Assembly: GCA_900128585.1 (NCBI GenBank)
Contig: LT642165.1
Location: 1 to 48,420 of the forward strand
Reading direction: 5' to 3'
DNA length: 48,420 nt
Source of the DNA: Stramenopiles sp. TOSAG23-3
Lineage: Eukaryota
Positions 31,958 to 43,481 of the stretch are shown here, in pieces. A model generated the notes under the pieces. The model saw only the letters and a program-made list of their open reading frames with translations. It searched no databases and was not told where the DNA came from. Every line of letters starts with the position of its first letter. The stretch's first letter is position 1. The translations under genes were made by a program, and so were the position numbers.

Positions 31958-32366
31958 TATAAATGCGTAGAGTAAAAATAAAATAGAACTTTTTTTGGTT
32001 AAAATAATAATAAGTGTTTTCGTCATTTGCCTTCTTACTCAATGTTATTTTGTGTAACACTAATTCCCTGCTAGTTTTTTAATTAGACTAAAAAAAAGTT
32101 AGACGACAAAATAATAATAATAAGAAGAAGAGAAGATGAATTTTTTAAAATTCTGCTGTTATTATTTTGTTTAAATTAAAACGGGGGGAACCTTTTACAC
32201 TTAGAAATATATAATATACGTAATACTGTGAAATTAAGAAAAGAAAGATCGGTCTGGTAGGTTCTTCGGAGAAAGAACGACCTCACAAGTGTTGGCAACA
32301 AAAGGCAACACTGTTTGAACTATACCCGCTCAGAACAGAACTTAGTCGCCCGAGGCATTCGCTGTA

Positions 32367-33419
32367 ATGTCAACTTTCGTAGGGGGTGCTGTGGGCGAAA
32401 GCGGTGGAGACAAAGGCGAATACGAACTCAAGGGGAGCTATGCTCTGGGATTACAGAACAACTCTCCAGTTGGGGAGGTTACTTCAAAACAACGCTCGGA
32501 AGAAATAGAAAAGAAATTAAGCCCAGAAGCGACTCCCCCAGAATGGCTGCAGGGGCTCTTGGACAGCCTCCCTAAACAGAGAGAAACTGTATACACGACT
32601 TCCCTAAGGTACGAGTTTTGTGCGCCCTCAAAAACACGCGACATGCAAGCGTACAAACTTTTCCAAGACAAAGGCACAATGTTGCCACATCTACCCGATT
32701 TGAATAGACTTTCTTTAAAGGAGTGCATCGCGAAACGGAGGAAACAGCGGGAAGGCGCCTTTAAGACGAGCTTGCACATGGACATAATCGACAAGGAAAC
32801 GAAAGAGTTAGTGGGCATAACTGGGTTTTACTCTATCGAATTGAATAGCAAAAAGGTAGAGAGTGCGGAGACTGGTAAAACGCAGCGAAAGGTGGACTTC
32901 GGTATAGGGGAAACGGAAAAGTACAAAGACCTAATGTTTAAATCGTTTAAATTCAAGCACGAGGACATTGGCCTAAGCAAGGGAGCAGCTAAGAGGGGAG
33001 GGAAGCACTTGGATGGGATAGAAGTTGTCACGGACAAAGAGTTTGAAGCTCTGCTAAGCCAGGAAGACATCATTGGCATGAAGACAAGTCTGAAGAACGT
33101 TGTCACCCTCTCGCCGTTGATAATAGCAAAGCAGTTCCAGCGGTCAAATATAGCGACAGAGGCTTTTCGGGCCATTTTGTTTTTGGCGCTGAAAACCCTG
33201 AACTGCGGGACCGTGACATGTCAAACAAAAATAGAAAACATCCCAATGATTTCGTTCTTGGAAAAACGTGGCATGACAAGGATGGGATCACATATGAGTA
33301 AGCAGGGGCAAGAGTGGTTGGGTTTCTCTGGAATTATAAAAGATTTTCTCCCAACTGATGTTGAAATGGCTTGCTTCCACCACACATATGATGGTGTCTT
33401 CCAGCAGGCGACTAGTTGA
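32367..33419 (+). CDS. GNAT (RimJ/RimL-like) N-acetyltransferase with an internal insertion
   Basis: IIDKETKELVGITGF; IIAKQFQRSNIATEA (motif A); TKIENIPMISFLEKRGM (motif B). Confidence 0.8.
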   Translation: MSTFVGGAVGESGGDKGEYELKGSYALGLQNNSPVGEVTSKQRSEEIEKKLSPEATPPEWLQGLLDSLPKQRETVYTTSLRYEFCAPSKTRDMQAYKLFQDKGTMLPHLPDLNRLSLKECIAKRRKQREGAFKTSLHMDIIDKETKELVGITGFYSIELNSKKVESAETGKTQRKVDFGIGETEKYKDLMFKSFKFKHEDIGLSKGAAKRGGKHLDGIEVVTDKEFEALLSQEDIIGMKTSLKNVVTLSPLIIAKQFQRSNIATEAFRAILFLALKTLNCGTVTCQTKIENIPMISFLEKRGMTRMGSHMSKQGQEWLGFSGIIKDFLPTDVEMACFHHTYDGVFQQATS

Positions 33420-33475
33420 GTACCAGAACAGGATTATATTAACGCCAACATCTGCACACAGCATTATTAATTATT

Positions 33476-33612
33476 GCCGCTGTTTACTTGCCAGTTGGAA
33501 TCTTGACCAGAACTTGGGAGAGACATACGAATATGTCCTGGAAATCGCTGACCNNNNNNNNNNNNTACTTTTAAGACCAATCAATTGGAATCTTGACCAG
33601 AACTTGGGGAGG
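33476..33612 (-). repeat. Dispersed repeat family B, copy 2, plus a partial repeat after the gap
   Basis: Reverse complement of 21-85; TTGGAATCTTGACCAGAACTTGGG recurs at 33585-33608. Confidence 0.9.
33554..33565. other. Assembly gap
   Basis: Run of N. Confidence 1.
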
Positions 33613-33667
33613 ATCTGCAATAGGAGGAGATATTGTTCTTGAAATGACACCTTCTTTTTTCTTTAAT

Positions 33668-33705
33668 TTTAATTACACTACTATAATAACAGCCAATTTT
33701 TCTTT
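33668..33705 (-). repeat. Dispersed repeat family A, degenerate copy
   Basis: Reverse complement AAAGAAAAATTGGCTGTTATTATAGTAGTGTAATTAAA. Confidence 0.75.
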
Positions 33706-34051
33706 TTTTTTTATTAAAGCTTTATTACCCACCACTATTTTTTTACTGTTCTCGCTCTTCGTTGTTGTTGTTGTTTCTTCCTCTTCTCCTCCTCCTGCCT
33801 CCTTTTTTTTTTTTGCACTCCTCCTCCACAACAAGCCACGCACCTTGCCCCCCCCGTTTTTCTCTATTAATTCCAAGAGTAGATTATTATATACTTAATA
33901 AATTGTTTTGCTGAACGACTGTGCATTCTTGGTATCATAGAAAAGCAGATATAGACCAGAGAACAGTCCAACATATAAGCGACTTGGGAGAGCACCGAGG
34001 AGTTTAAGCGGCGCCTTACGTACATTTTTTTAAATATCAGCAGGGCGCTAC

Positions 34052-36308
34052 ATGGGGAACGCGTGCAAAAAAACGCCAGCTGCGAAGAAGCTCGTGCCTC
34101 CAACGGCCGGGCCCTGGAGCTGTGCGGTGTGTACGTTTTACAACGAAAATCACAATGGCCAGAAATGTGCGATGTGTGACACCCCAAAACAAGTAGCGCC
34201 CTTGCGAAGGCAGATTTCTTTCGGCAACCTGCTCCTCGAGCAGACTGCCGCTGCGAAAAAAACTCCTCAAGGGTTGGAAGAGTCGGAGTATGATCGCTTG
34301 AGCCGGTCAGCGGCGACCCTCACAGCGTCTGCGTTGGCGGGGGGGGGGGTTCGGAGATGGAGGGGCCAAAACGGCAGGTATTAGCGATGATGGTAGCAAA
34401 CTTATTGCAGGGGCCCCGCCGGGGATTATCCGCATGCCTTCGATAGAGGACCACGCCGGAAATGGTGCGCCAGGCAGCGACAAGCCGCTGCAGCAGCACT
34501 TACGGGCTCAGTCGCTCCGAGTACGCTTTGCAAACAAATCAGGTGTCCAAGACGCTAGAGCAAGGCCTCCCAGCGTGGATTCTCCCGGGTCGGCTTGGGT
34601 CAGAAAAGAGGCAAAAAATGCCGAAGGCAACGTTTGGATGCGAAACACAAAAAGGGATTCCCGCCGTGTTATTCCTGCACGGGCACAAAGCAAACGCACT
34701 GAGCAAAATTCAAAGAAGAAGAAGAAGAGACCAGAAAAATCCTGGGTTAGAGTTCTTCGCGACAACGGAAAGCTTGATTGGCTGCCGGCTAACGAATTTT
34801 CAGATTTAGAGACATCCAGTCCCATTTCATTGAGCACGAGCGGGAAAATGGATAGCACAGAAAACGCTGGGGTAGACAGCGACCTGCAATATGTCGCTTC
34901 TCTCCCGTTCAAAAAGAAGCGGGTATGGTTTCGTGAATGTTGTAAGACGTTGCACGTTCCGTGGGAAGAAGGACACATCGAATTGTGGATCGAAAGAGAT
35001 CGTATCATTAACTCAAGCTTTGAGCAAATCATGCCTATGTCCATACGGGATACATGGAAAATTTTTAAAGTTCAGTTTATCGGTGAAGACGGGAACGACG
35101 CGGGGGGTGTCAGCAGGGAATGGTTTACAGAATTGACATCGAAGCTATTTTCTGCAGATTTTGGATTATTTAGGAAAGGTGGAAAGGGGGACTTGACGTA
35201 CCATTTGAACAATATGAGTGAAACGGCGTGCCAACGCGAGAAGGGCGACAACTCTGCAGGCCACTTGCGGTATTTCAAGTTCGTAGGCCGGTTGCTGGGG
35301 AAGGCATTGTTGCAAGATACAGTCATTGACGTGCACTTTGCGCTGCCGATTTACAAACACTTGCTAGGGCTCCCGATTACCATCGACGATTTGCAGTACA
35401 TTGACGAAGGGTTGTACTTGAAAGTACAGTGGCTTCAAGACCCGCAGAATTGCATCGATGCTCTTGATGGAACTGTCAATTCCCAAGCCATTCCTTCTGC
35501 AGTGGCAAAGGGGCAAACAGAGGGTGCTGCTGTGACAGATCCCGGACCGCAGCCGTCTCGCCAAACGGGCGAAAATGCAATGGCTTACATGGCAAAGATA
35601 AGAGCGTGGAACGACCAACACATTAACTTCATGAACAGCACAAAACAACGGAAGAAGATTGAAGGGACAACTAAGAGTCCTGCTCAAAATGATGCCACGT
35701 ACGTCTTCGCATATGAACGAGGGACCTCAACACATGATTTGATACCGGACGGAAGAAGCGTAGCAGTTACGGATATTAACAAGGGCGAATATATAATGCT
35801 GTTGTCAAAGTATCGTTTGCTGGAATCCGTTCAAGACCAATTGGCTGCATTGCTGACGGGGTTTTACGAAGTGATCCCGCCAACTTTAATCTCTATTTTT
35901 ACATTCCAAGAGCTGGAGTTATTGCTGTGCGGGCTGCCATACGTTGACATTGAAGACTGGAAAAAGGCCACAGTTTACAAAGAAGGAAGCTGCTTTGGGA
36001 AAGATAGTAATACATCAAAATGGTTCTGGGAAGTTGTACAAGAATTTGATGAAGAAGAGCAGGCGCGACTGCTGCAATTTTGCACGGGGTCCAGCCGCGT
36101 TCCAGTCGGGGGGTTCTCGGAGCTGCAGACCCACTCTGGAAACACCTCGCCGTTCACAATCTTAGGAGTAAAACGAGAACATAAAATGTTCCCAGAAGCG
36201 CACACTTGCTTCAATCGCCTAGAGTTGCCAATGTATACGTCGAAGGCGGAGTTGAAGAAAAAGCTCCTGGTTGCCATTGAAATGGAAATGCGTTTGGACC
36301 TTGAATGA
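34052..36308 (+). CDS. HECT E3 ubiquitin ligase with N-terminal MGxxC acylation motif and RanBP2/NZF zinc finger; 1-nt frameshift in the G11 run at 34339-34349
   Basis: WSCAVCTFYN...CAMCD finger; FIGEDGNDAGGVSREWF, FKFVGRLLGKAL, LLQFCTGSSRVP, PEAHTCFNRLELP; removing one G joins the two ORFs. Confidence 0.9.
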
Positions 36309-36463
36309 ACAGTAAACATGGAAGACTATGCGCTCATGATAACTCCAAAAATAATCTGATATTCTTAGCGTATTATAGACGGCCCAATCCTCAATTCATA
36401 CTCGTACACTTCTATATTATTTTGTACGAGTACTGCTACTCAGGGCAGATGTGGCTTCTCACT

Positions 36464-37063
36464 CTATTCCCTGGTCTTCGTGCTGCCAACAGAAGTTTTC
36501 GTGGCAATTAAAACATGCGCTTCGCGTTTCAAGTGGCGCAAAATAAAAATTTCAAAAACTTTGTCCTCTTTAAAAGGCGACGGGGCTCGGAGATTAGAGT
36601 TCAAGTTAAAGAAAACAGTCCCTGACGCAGCACATACCTTTTTCACGGCTACCCAGTGTCCATTTTCCCCGAAACACAAACCAAAAAAATTACTGAAAAA
36701 GCCTTGAACGTTGACGACGCATCCTATACAGTCAGGTGATTTCAAAGCGGCCAAAAGCGCGGTACTGTTTTTGTTCCTTGCGTCCCAAAATTTCATGGTT
36801 ACCCCTTCCTTTAATAGGGCAACCATGAGCACATTTGCATCGTAGTTGCCTTGGACGTTGTTGGGCGTGTTGCACCTGAAGCAAACCTCAACGAAATTGC
36901 AGGCCTTTTGCAAGAGTGTTCGCGGGCCCTCCCGAGGAATACCAAGCTCTTTCTCTATCGCATCAAAATCTTTCGCCTGATACACCTGATTACCCAGCAA
37001 ACCGTTAGTCGCATGAACAGCGCACAAACGACCGACTTGTCTTTCGTGGTAAGGCACTGCCAT
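36464..37063 (-). CDS. Josephin-domain deubiquitinase (JOSD/ataxin-3 family)
   Basis: YHERQ..LCAVHA.N.LL, GNYDANVLM.AL, HWVAVK, FNLNS: Cys-His-Asn triad intact. Confidence 0.93.
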   Translation of the reverse strand: MAVPYHERQVGRLCAVHATNGLLGNQVYQAKDFDAIEKELGIPREGPRTLLQKACNFVEVCFRCNTPNNVQGNYDANVLMVALLKEGVTMKFWDARNKNSTALLAALKSPDCIGCVVNVQGFFSNFFGLCFGENGHWVAVKKVCAASGTVFFNLNSNLRAPSPFKEDKVFEIFILRHLKREAHVLIATKTSVGSTKTRE

Positions 37064-37360
37064 TGTTTTCCAAATATATTGCACCTCGTAAAGTTTTCTC
37101 CTGCGCAACACGGTTTATTTCTTTTTCATCTGCATTTTAGTTCTTTTGCCTTTTCATGATATTTGTACGTTGAACGAGGGAGGTACGTGAAAAGAAAAAG
37201 TAAACCTTCTTCTTGGTGTCTCAGAAAATAGTCTCATCTTATCAATATCATCATCGATCATCCATCGTCGTCGTCGTCGTCTTTTTTTCTACTATGATAT
37301 TAGTACCGTACTAGTTATTATTAGAATTAGATTATAATAAAAACTAGAAACTTGCATGAT

Positions 37361-37396
37361 CTAAAAACAAGAAAATTGGCTGTTATTTAAGTAATG
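37361..37396 (+). repeat. Dispersed repeat family A copy
   Basis: CTAAAAACAAGAAAATTGGCTGTTATTTAAGTAAT. Confidence 0.9.
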
Positions 37397-37513
37397 ATCT
37401 AAACTTGTGGAGATAGATGTCCCTCCTGCTTTCATTTGTCATTTTCTGGCGCAGTAATATTTCTGTTAGTGTTTGCCCCTCTCTAAGGTTGTACACAAAG
37501 TTATTTTGATCTT

Positions 37514-39253
37514 CTAGAAGCCTGGGAATCTGTTTTTCAAAAATTTGATGCGGGCGGAACCAACCTCGACGCAAGAGTTGTCTTCCGGTACCCAGACTTC
37601 TAACTTTCCGTTATCTAATACACCCGTTACATACCCTTTGTATCTTCTTCCTGGGTATTCGAGCTGAACTGGGTACCGATGTTGCGACAGCCGCTCACGG
37701 ATTCTTTCTGCCAATCGTTCCTGATCCTGTTGTGTTGGTATTAGCTGAAACGGAAAATCGGGATGACCGCATCCTGCACCGTAGAAACGCTTGACTATGG
37801 TAAGAGCACGGCAGACAAACACATGCCGGATTCCCTTGTGGTCTCGACCATCATCGTCTGCGCAAGGGCGTGCAGAATGTTTGTACATAATATCGGTGAT
37901 CGGGCCCATGGAGAGCACCATCCCGTGCGACATTCGCAGAGAAACGACCTCGTCCATCCCGTTGATGCTCTCCTTATGTTGAATGGCAAAGACTAGGTCC
38001 ATTGGCGCCCCAAGCGAGATGCTCAGAACAGACGTTCCTAGCAGCTGGCTGTTCTCTGCTTGGGAAGAGCTTGGGCTCCCGTCGTGGTGAAATCCAATCG
38101 ACACTCCACGTCTTACATCGTACGTCAGCAGCTGGCAGGCATTTACATCGTGGTGCAACATGCCATAGCTTCGAAGAATTCGCGTCAGCTCTTCCAAACA
38201 GATTCGGACTCGCCAAGGCATGCATCTTGACACAGCATGACTCTCGTGTATTGGGGAATATGTGTACTTGAATCCTAATGTGGTCTCCACGTTAGTACTT
38301 GTCAAACATTCTTTCTCACCATCAGTCCAATGTCGCACGTTGGTCTGGACGGTGCCGATGTCATGCATTTCAGAGCAGTAAGACATGGAGACGCGGGCGG
38401 GCGTCTTTGCATAATCCCTTTCTGGATCGCGGGCGCTGGTCACGCCATCTTTGATTATTGCAACGACGTCTCGTTCGAGCAAAGTTGCCTCGCGCAACGT
38501 AGAGAGAAAAAAATCCGCTTTGGTAAAGTCGAGCATGAACGTGTCAGGAAGACCCTCGACAAGGGTGAGGCGTCGCGCCGTTTCTGAATAATTGGGCGAC
38601 GACGATGACTCTGCCGCCAATGCGCCATCTTCAGCCGTGTCTTGCTCGCACTGCGCAATGTCGGCTTTGAGACACTGCGACAGTTCTGTTCGCAGATCAA
38701 GACGAAATTTCTCTTTCCCATCATAGTGTGCATGCTCAGGGCATGGAACAGTCCCTGTGCGGATGAAAGAACGATCATTTTCCTGTTTTACCAAGTAGGC
38801 ACAGTTCTTCTTGATCGATACGATGGGCAGCGGAAGAGCGACCGCAAGGCCTGTAAACGGCACCTCCACAGCATTCGAAGGCACGACTTCGTCTAACTTG
38901 AAAAGACGGTGCTCTGGAACGGATGTCTCGCGGTACCGCAGCTGCAAAAGAGGCGCCGAGGAGGTGGCCGTTTGTTGGTCAAAATAAGGGGTCGAGACAT
39001 CATAGCGAAATGGAACTGATTTTACAGACGACAGTCCCACCCGACGAGATACAACCGTTCGCACGATGGCATGGTAATAAACAGGTGGTCGAATGTCGCC
39101 CTCCAAGTGGGTACGAAGAACTTTCACGTGTTGTCCAACGCAAAATATTGCTTCACGCCGCAGGCAACGCGGATGTTTCCGTCGGGTAGCGACCAACGAT
39201 GGCACACTCTTCTCCAAGGAGCGCTTGGCCGATTTTCTCGTCGTGGAGGCCAT
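37514..39253 (-). CDS. AlkB-like 2OG-Fe(II) dioxygenase with probable Tudor/SH3-like modules (start uncertain)
   Basis: VNACQLLTY (NxY), IGFHHD (HxD), SISLG, YKHS (distal His), RHVFVCR (RxxxxxR); ORF open to 39373, first ATG at 39253. Confidence 0.85.
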   Translation of the reverse strand: MASTTRKSAKRSLEKSVPSLVATRRKHPRCLRREAIFCVGQHVKVLRTHLEGDIRPPVYYHAIVRTVVSRRVGLSSVKSVPFRYDVSTPYFDQQTATSSAPLLQLRYRETSVPEHRLFKLDEVVPSNAVEVPFTGLAVALPLPIVSIKKNCAYLVKQENDRSFIRTGTVPCPEHAHYDGKEKFRLDLRTELSQCLKADIAQCEQDTAEDGALAAESSSSPNYSETARRLTLVEGLPDTFMLDFTKADFFLSTLREATLLERDVVAIIKDGVTSARDPERDYAKTPARVSMSYCSEMHDIGTVQTNVRHWTDGEKECLTSTNVETTLGFKYTYSPIHESHAVSRCMPWRVRICLEELTRILRSYGMLHHDVNACQLLTYDVRRGVSIGFHHDGSPSSSQAENSQLLGTSVLSISLGAPMDLVFAIQHKESINGMDEVVSLRMSHGMVLSMGPITDIMYKHSARPCADDDGRDHKGIRHVFVCRALTIVKRFYGAGCGHPDFPFQLIPTQQDQERLAERIRERLSQHRYPVQLEYPGRRYKGYVTGVLDNGKLEVWVPEDNSCVEVGSARIKFLKNRFPGF

Positions 39254-39737
39254 GCACTTTTCTCGTTTGACAAGGAGCTGATCGTAGCAGCCTTTGTCGC
39301 AGGTTGGCGCTGCTCGGTACGGCTGAAGGGTTTTTGGGGGCAATTGAAAAGGTCCTCTAAAAATCTTTAGCAATACTGTACGAGTGCAACGTTAATGGTA
39401 AATCGTCCAGAAGAATGTTGTTTATCAATTATTACAAGACGAAGCTCGACTTGGTGCAGTCCTACTATTCTATCTTCCTCAACGGGAGCTGTGAGGACGA
39501 GAGGTACAATACACGAGTCCTCCCTCCCATTTTTTTTTTTTGAGTGGCAAATAATAATCCTCTCTCTAATATAATAATAATACAATAATTAATAGTCGTC
39601 TATAATAATAAATTATAATATTATTAGTCTAATATGACTATTATTAAAAAAATAAAATGATGCGAGGAGGAGTCATCACTCTTTTTATTACTAAATACAA
39701 TATCAAGGTATAAAATAAGAATAAAAATTTGATTATT

Positions 39738-39808
39738 ATTTCGACACAAACTCTTCATTTGTTTCTTGTTCTGTTTTTCCCTTCGGTATTTTAGTCTATT
39801 ATATATAC
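39738..39808 (+). repeat. ~70-bp direct repeat, left copy
   Basis: Near-identical to 43177-43255 (differs by TTTG unit number and one base). Confidence 0.9.
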
Positions 39809-40229
39809 ACAGCATTCATTAAAATAAATTAACATTTGCCTCGACAGTTTTGTACTATATGTATACTAATTCGCGTTTCCTATATGATGTTCCCTCTTTT
39901 TCTTTGATTTCTTCCTTCTTCCTCTTTTTTCGAAGATGATGATGATTGATTGGAAACATTTTTGTGCGTGAATTATTATTTTATTGACTCGACGTTGCGT
40001 ATACTGTGTCTATATATTAGTACTTGATTATTATTTTTTTTATTGATTTTCTCCACATCTTTCTTTTTCGTTTCTTACCCACATGGGTTATGCAACGCTT
40101 CAACCGGAAATACAAAATTTTGAAAAAACGTGATTGTAGAAATTTGAAATTTTGATAAAACTTTCTCTTTTTATTATCACAATTAACATTTCTGCGCAGT
40201 AGAGCACTCAAATCTGTTCCAAACGGCAA

Positions 40230-42800
40230 ACAGGGGAGAATGAAAACGACTACGACATCAGGGAAGACATCAAGGAAGGAAGGTCTACAGCAACTCGGGC
40301 TCCTACGACTACCAACGCTGCTACTACTCAGGCTCCTACGACTACCGAAGCTGCAGCAGAAGACGTTGGACGGGTTCCTCTTGGAGGGGATCCTCCGGAA
40401 CGGCCCCTATCAGCTGCGCTTCACCGTCGTCCTCTTCCTCGCCATCACAATAGTAGATGTTCGGGTCGCACAGCTCGTCCTCCTCGAGAGTTTCCTCCGG
40501 AACGGCCCCGACGGCTGCGATTCGCCGTCGTCCTCTTCCTCGCCATCACAATAGTAGACGTTCGGGTCGCACGGTTCGTCCTCGTTTCTTCTCCTTTGCG
40601 ACGTGAGCGGCCAGATGGGCAGAGAGCCGTAGGTAGGTCAAAATCGACGAACGCAACGTGTCCAGACTGCCCAAAGTGTTATTATAAAACATGCAGTGGT
40701 AAAACGTATTGTCATCAATAGCGACAGACCTGTCCATCTCGTGTACTTCTTCTAGTAGATGGAACGACAACAACGAACGCCGCATGCGAGACCTGTCCCA
40801 GTGGCAAGTGGGGACCGTCGTGCGATCCCTGGCAAACCTGCCAACCCGGAACCTATATTGACGACCGCTGGCCCGGAATACACAGTAACGATGTAACGAT
40901 GTAACATGTAGTACATGCGGCGCCAAGAGATTCAGCACGGCACAAGATGCTACTCAATGCGATCCGTGGCAAGTCTGCCCAGCGGGAACCTACAGAGTTG
41001 ACGGAACGACGGACGCCACATGCGAAAACTGTCTCCAAGGCTTCTTCGCTCGGGACCTGGATTCTTTACTGTGTTTGCCATGGAGAACGTGCACCACCGG
41101 AACCTACAAAGTAAATGGTTCAACAACAATTGATGCAACATGCTTAGATTGTGCCACTGGGACATTCAGCACGACACAAGATGCTACTTAATGCGATCCA
41201 TGGCAAACCTGCCAGTCCGGAAACTATAAAACATCATCAGGGACAGACACAACGGACGTCACCTGTGATGTTTGTGCAGAACATGCCCAGATTGTGCCAC
41301 TGGGACATTCAGCACGACTCAAGACGCTACTCAATACGATCCATGGCAAATCTGTCCTCCGGGGACTTACAGAGTAGGTGGGCCCACATCGACGCAAGCA
41401 ACGTGTCCAGACTGCCCAAAGTGTTATTATCAAACATGCAGTGGTAAAACGTATTGTCATCAATGGCGACACACCTGTCCATCGCAATCGCCTGTTCTTG
41501 TGGATGGAACGACAACAACGAACGCCGCATGCAAAACCTGTCCCAGTGGCAAGTGGGGATCGTCGTGCGATCCCTGGCAAACCTGCCAACCCTAAACCTA
41601 TATATCTGACGGAACAACCACGGCCGACGCCACATTTACTGCATGTGAAACGGGTAAGTATTCAGGCGCTGCGACAGACACCGAATGTGATCCGTGGCAA
41701 ACTTGTCAACCCGGGACCTACAAAGTTGACGGAACAACCATGACCGACGCCACATGCCCTGCCTGTCTCGAAGGAAAATTCACAACAACATTAGACGCTA
41801 CTCAATGTGATCCGTGGCAAACCTGTCAAGCCGGAAACTAGAGATCTGACGGAACAAGCTGGTCGGGCGTCAAATGTGATCCATGTAGCGGGGGGGGAAT
41901 TCACAACAACATTAGACGCTACCCAATGTGATTCGTGGCAAACCTGTCAACCTGGAACCTACAAAGTTGACGGAACAGCCACAACCGACGCCACATGCTC
42001 CGCCTGTCTCGAAGGAAAATTCACCAAAACATTAGACGCTACTCAATGCGATCCGTGGCAAACCTGTCCAGCAAACCAAGTGACCAACTTTGGTTCTGCA
42101 ACGACCGATAGCCATTGTACAGACTGCTATCAAGGCCAGTATAAATCTCAGACGGATAACGCCTGCAGCGCTTGTGCTGCAGGCCAGTATCAAAATCAAA
42201 CCGGGCAAACCGTGTGCAAACCCTGTACAGAAGGCGAATATCAAAACGATGGGGGCCAGGGGTCGTGTCTAGTGTGTGCGACATGTCCCCAGCACCAAGA
42301 CAGACAGGGATGTTCCGCCTCGGATGCAGGCGCGTGCGTGCCAGTGTTATGTATTGACGGCGATATTACCTGTGTCCACGGTACAATTTCTGGCAGCCGG
42401 CCGAACTGTAATTGTGTATGTCAGGACAATTGGGTGGAATTGCCTGTGATCAGCCAGTTTCTTGTCCACCCGACACATGCATTAGGGCGAAAAATCAATA
42501 AAGATAAAAAATTTACAATCACGTTTTCTCAAAAACGGAATTTCGTCAATTTTTACAAAAACTGCGGGTGTTCGGGGGAGCAAAGGTTCATACCCCCGAA
42601 CCACCGGGATGGCCGAATGTAGTCCGTTACTATCAAAAACAAACGTACGTTTTAACAAAACAAAATGGACGAACGTTTTCAATTGAACAAGCAGCGACGT
42701 TGGGCCAAACCGTATTTGATAATAAGACCCGGAATTGCTTTTGTCGGTACAAATAACCCAAACGCCGGTGTCCATTGTTTGCCCCAAAACACGAAAGATA
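40230..42800 (+). pseudogene. Decayed Cys-rich surface-protein gene with TNFR-like/GCC2-GCC3-type repeats and an EGF-like module
   Basis: Units like CDPWQTCQPGTYKVDGTATTDATCSAC spread over several frames with many stops and indels; internal duplications (40650-40850 vs 41398-41595; 41700-41830 vs 41940-42068). Confidence 0.85.
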
Positions 42801-43065
42801 TGTATATAAATTCATCAAAATTCCTGACCCTTCTTAAAATACACTGTTTTAGATAGGATTTAAATATACTACAAAACTAATAGGTAATTTTACTACAACA
42901 ATTTGAATATTATACTTGTAAAATTACAAGACTACTCTCAAATTCCTACCCTAAACCTAACCGTGTCGAGGCATTTGGCGTGCCTCTCGATTTTCACTTA
43001 GGAAATATACGTATTTCAACACAAACTCTTCATTTGTTTGTTTGTTTCTTGTTCTGTTTTTCCCT

Positions 43066-43176
43066 NNNNNNNNNNNNNNNNNNNNNNNNNNNNNNNNNNN
43101 NNNNNNNNNNNNNNNNNNNNNNNNNNNNNNNNNNNNNNNNNNNNNNNNNNNNNNNNNNNNNNNNNNNNNNNNNNNN
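43066..43176. other. Assembly gap
   Basis: Run of N. Confidence 1.
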
Positions 43177-43255
43177 ATTTCAACACAAACTCTTCATTTG
43201 TTTGTTTGTTTCTTGTTCTGTTTTTCCCTTCGGTATTTTAGTCTATTATATATAC
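43177..43255 (+). repeat. ~70-bp direct repeat, right copy
   Basis: Near-identical to 39738-39808. Confidence 0.9.
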
Positions 43256-43481
43256 TATCTGCAATAATAATTAAAATAATAATAAAATAAATATTTTTTT
43301 ATTATTATTATATTATTAGTCTATTAAACTGTAAAAACAATTTTGCAAAATGTATTTTCTTATGTTGCATCTTGCAGCTACTTTTTCTCTCTTTCTCGCT
43401 CCCCACGGTCCAATCAATCAATTATTAATAAGTGTCTCCTTGCAACATTGCAGCGGTGAAAATTAAGACACATTAAGTAGA

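Noticed and set aside
34378-34410. 33-nt GT..AG intron to join the NZF and HECT ORFs
   Set aside because: Length is a multiple of 3 and does not reach the HECT frame.
39367-39585. Short - strand ORF upstream of the AlkB-like gene as an extra exon or gene
   Set aside because: No motif or clear splice signals; cannot be supported.
43013-43065. Third copy of the direct repeat just before the N gap
   Set aside because: Identical to the sequence right after the gap; most likely an unmerged contig overlap.
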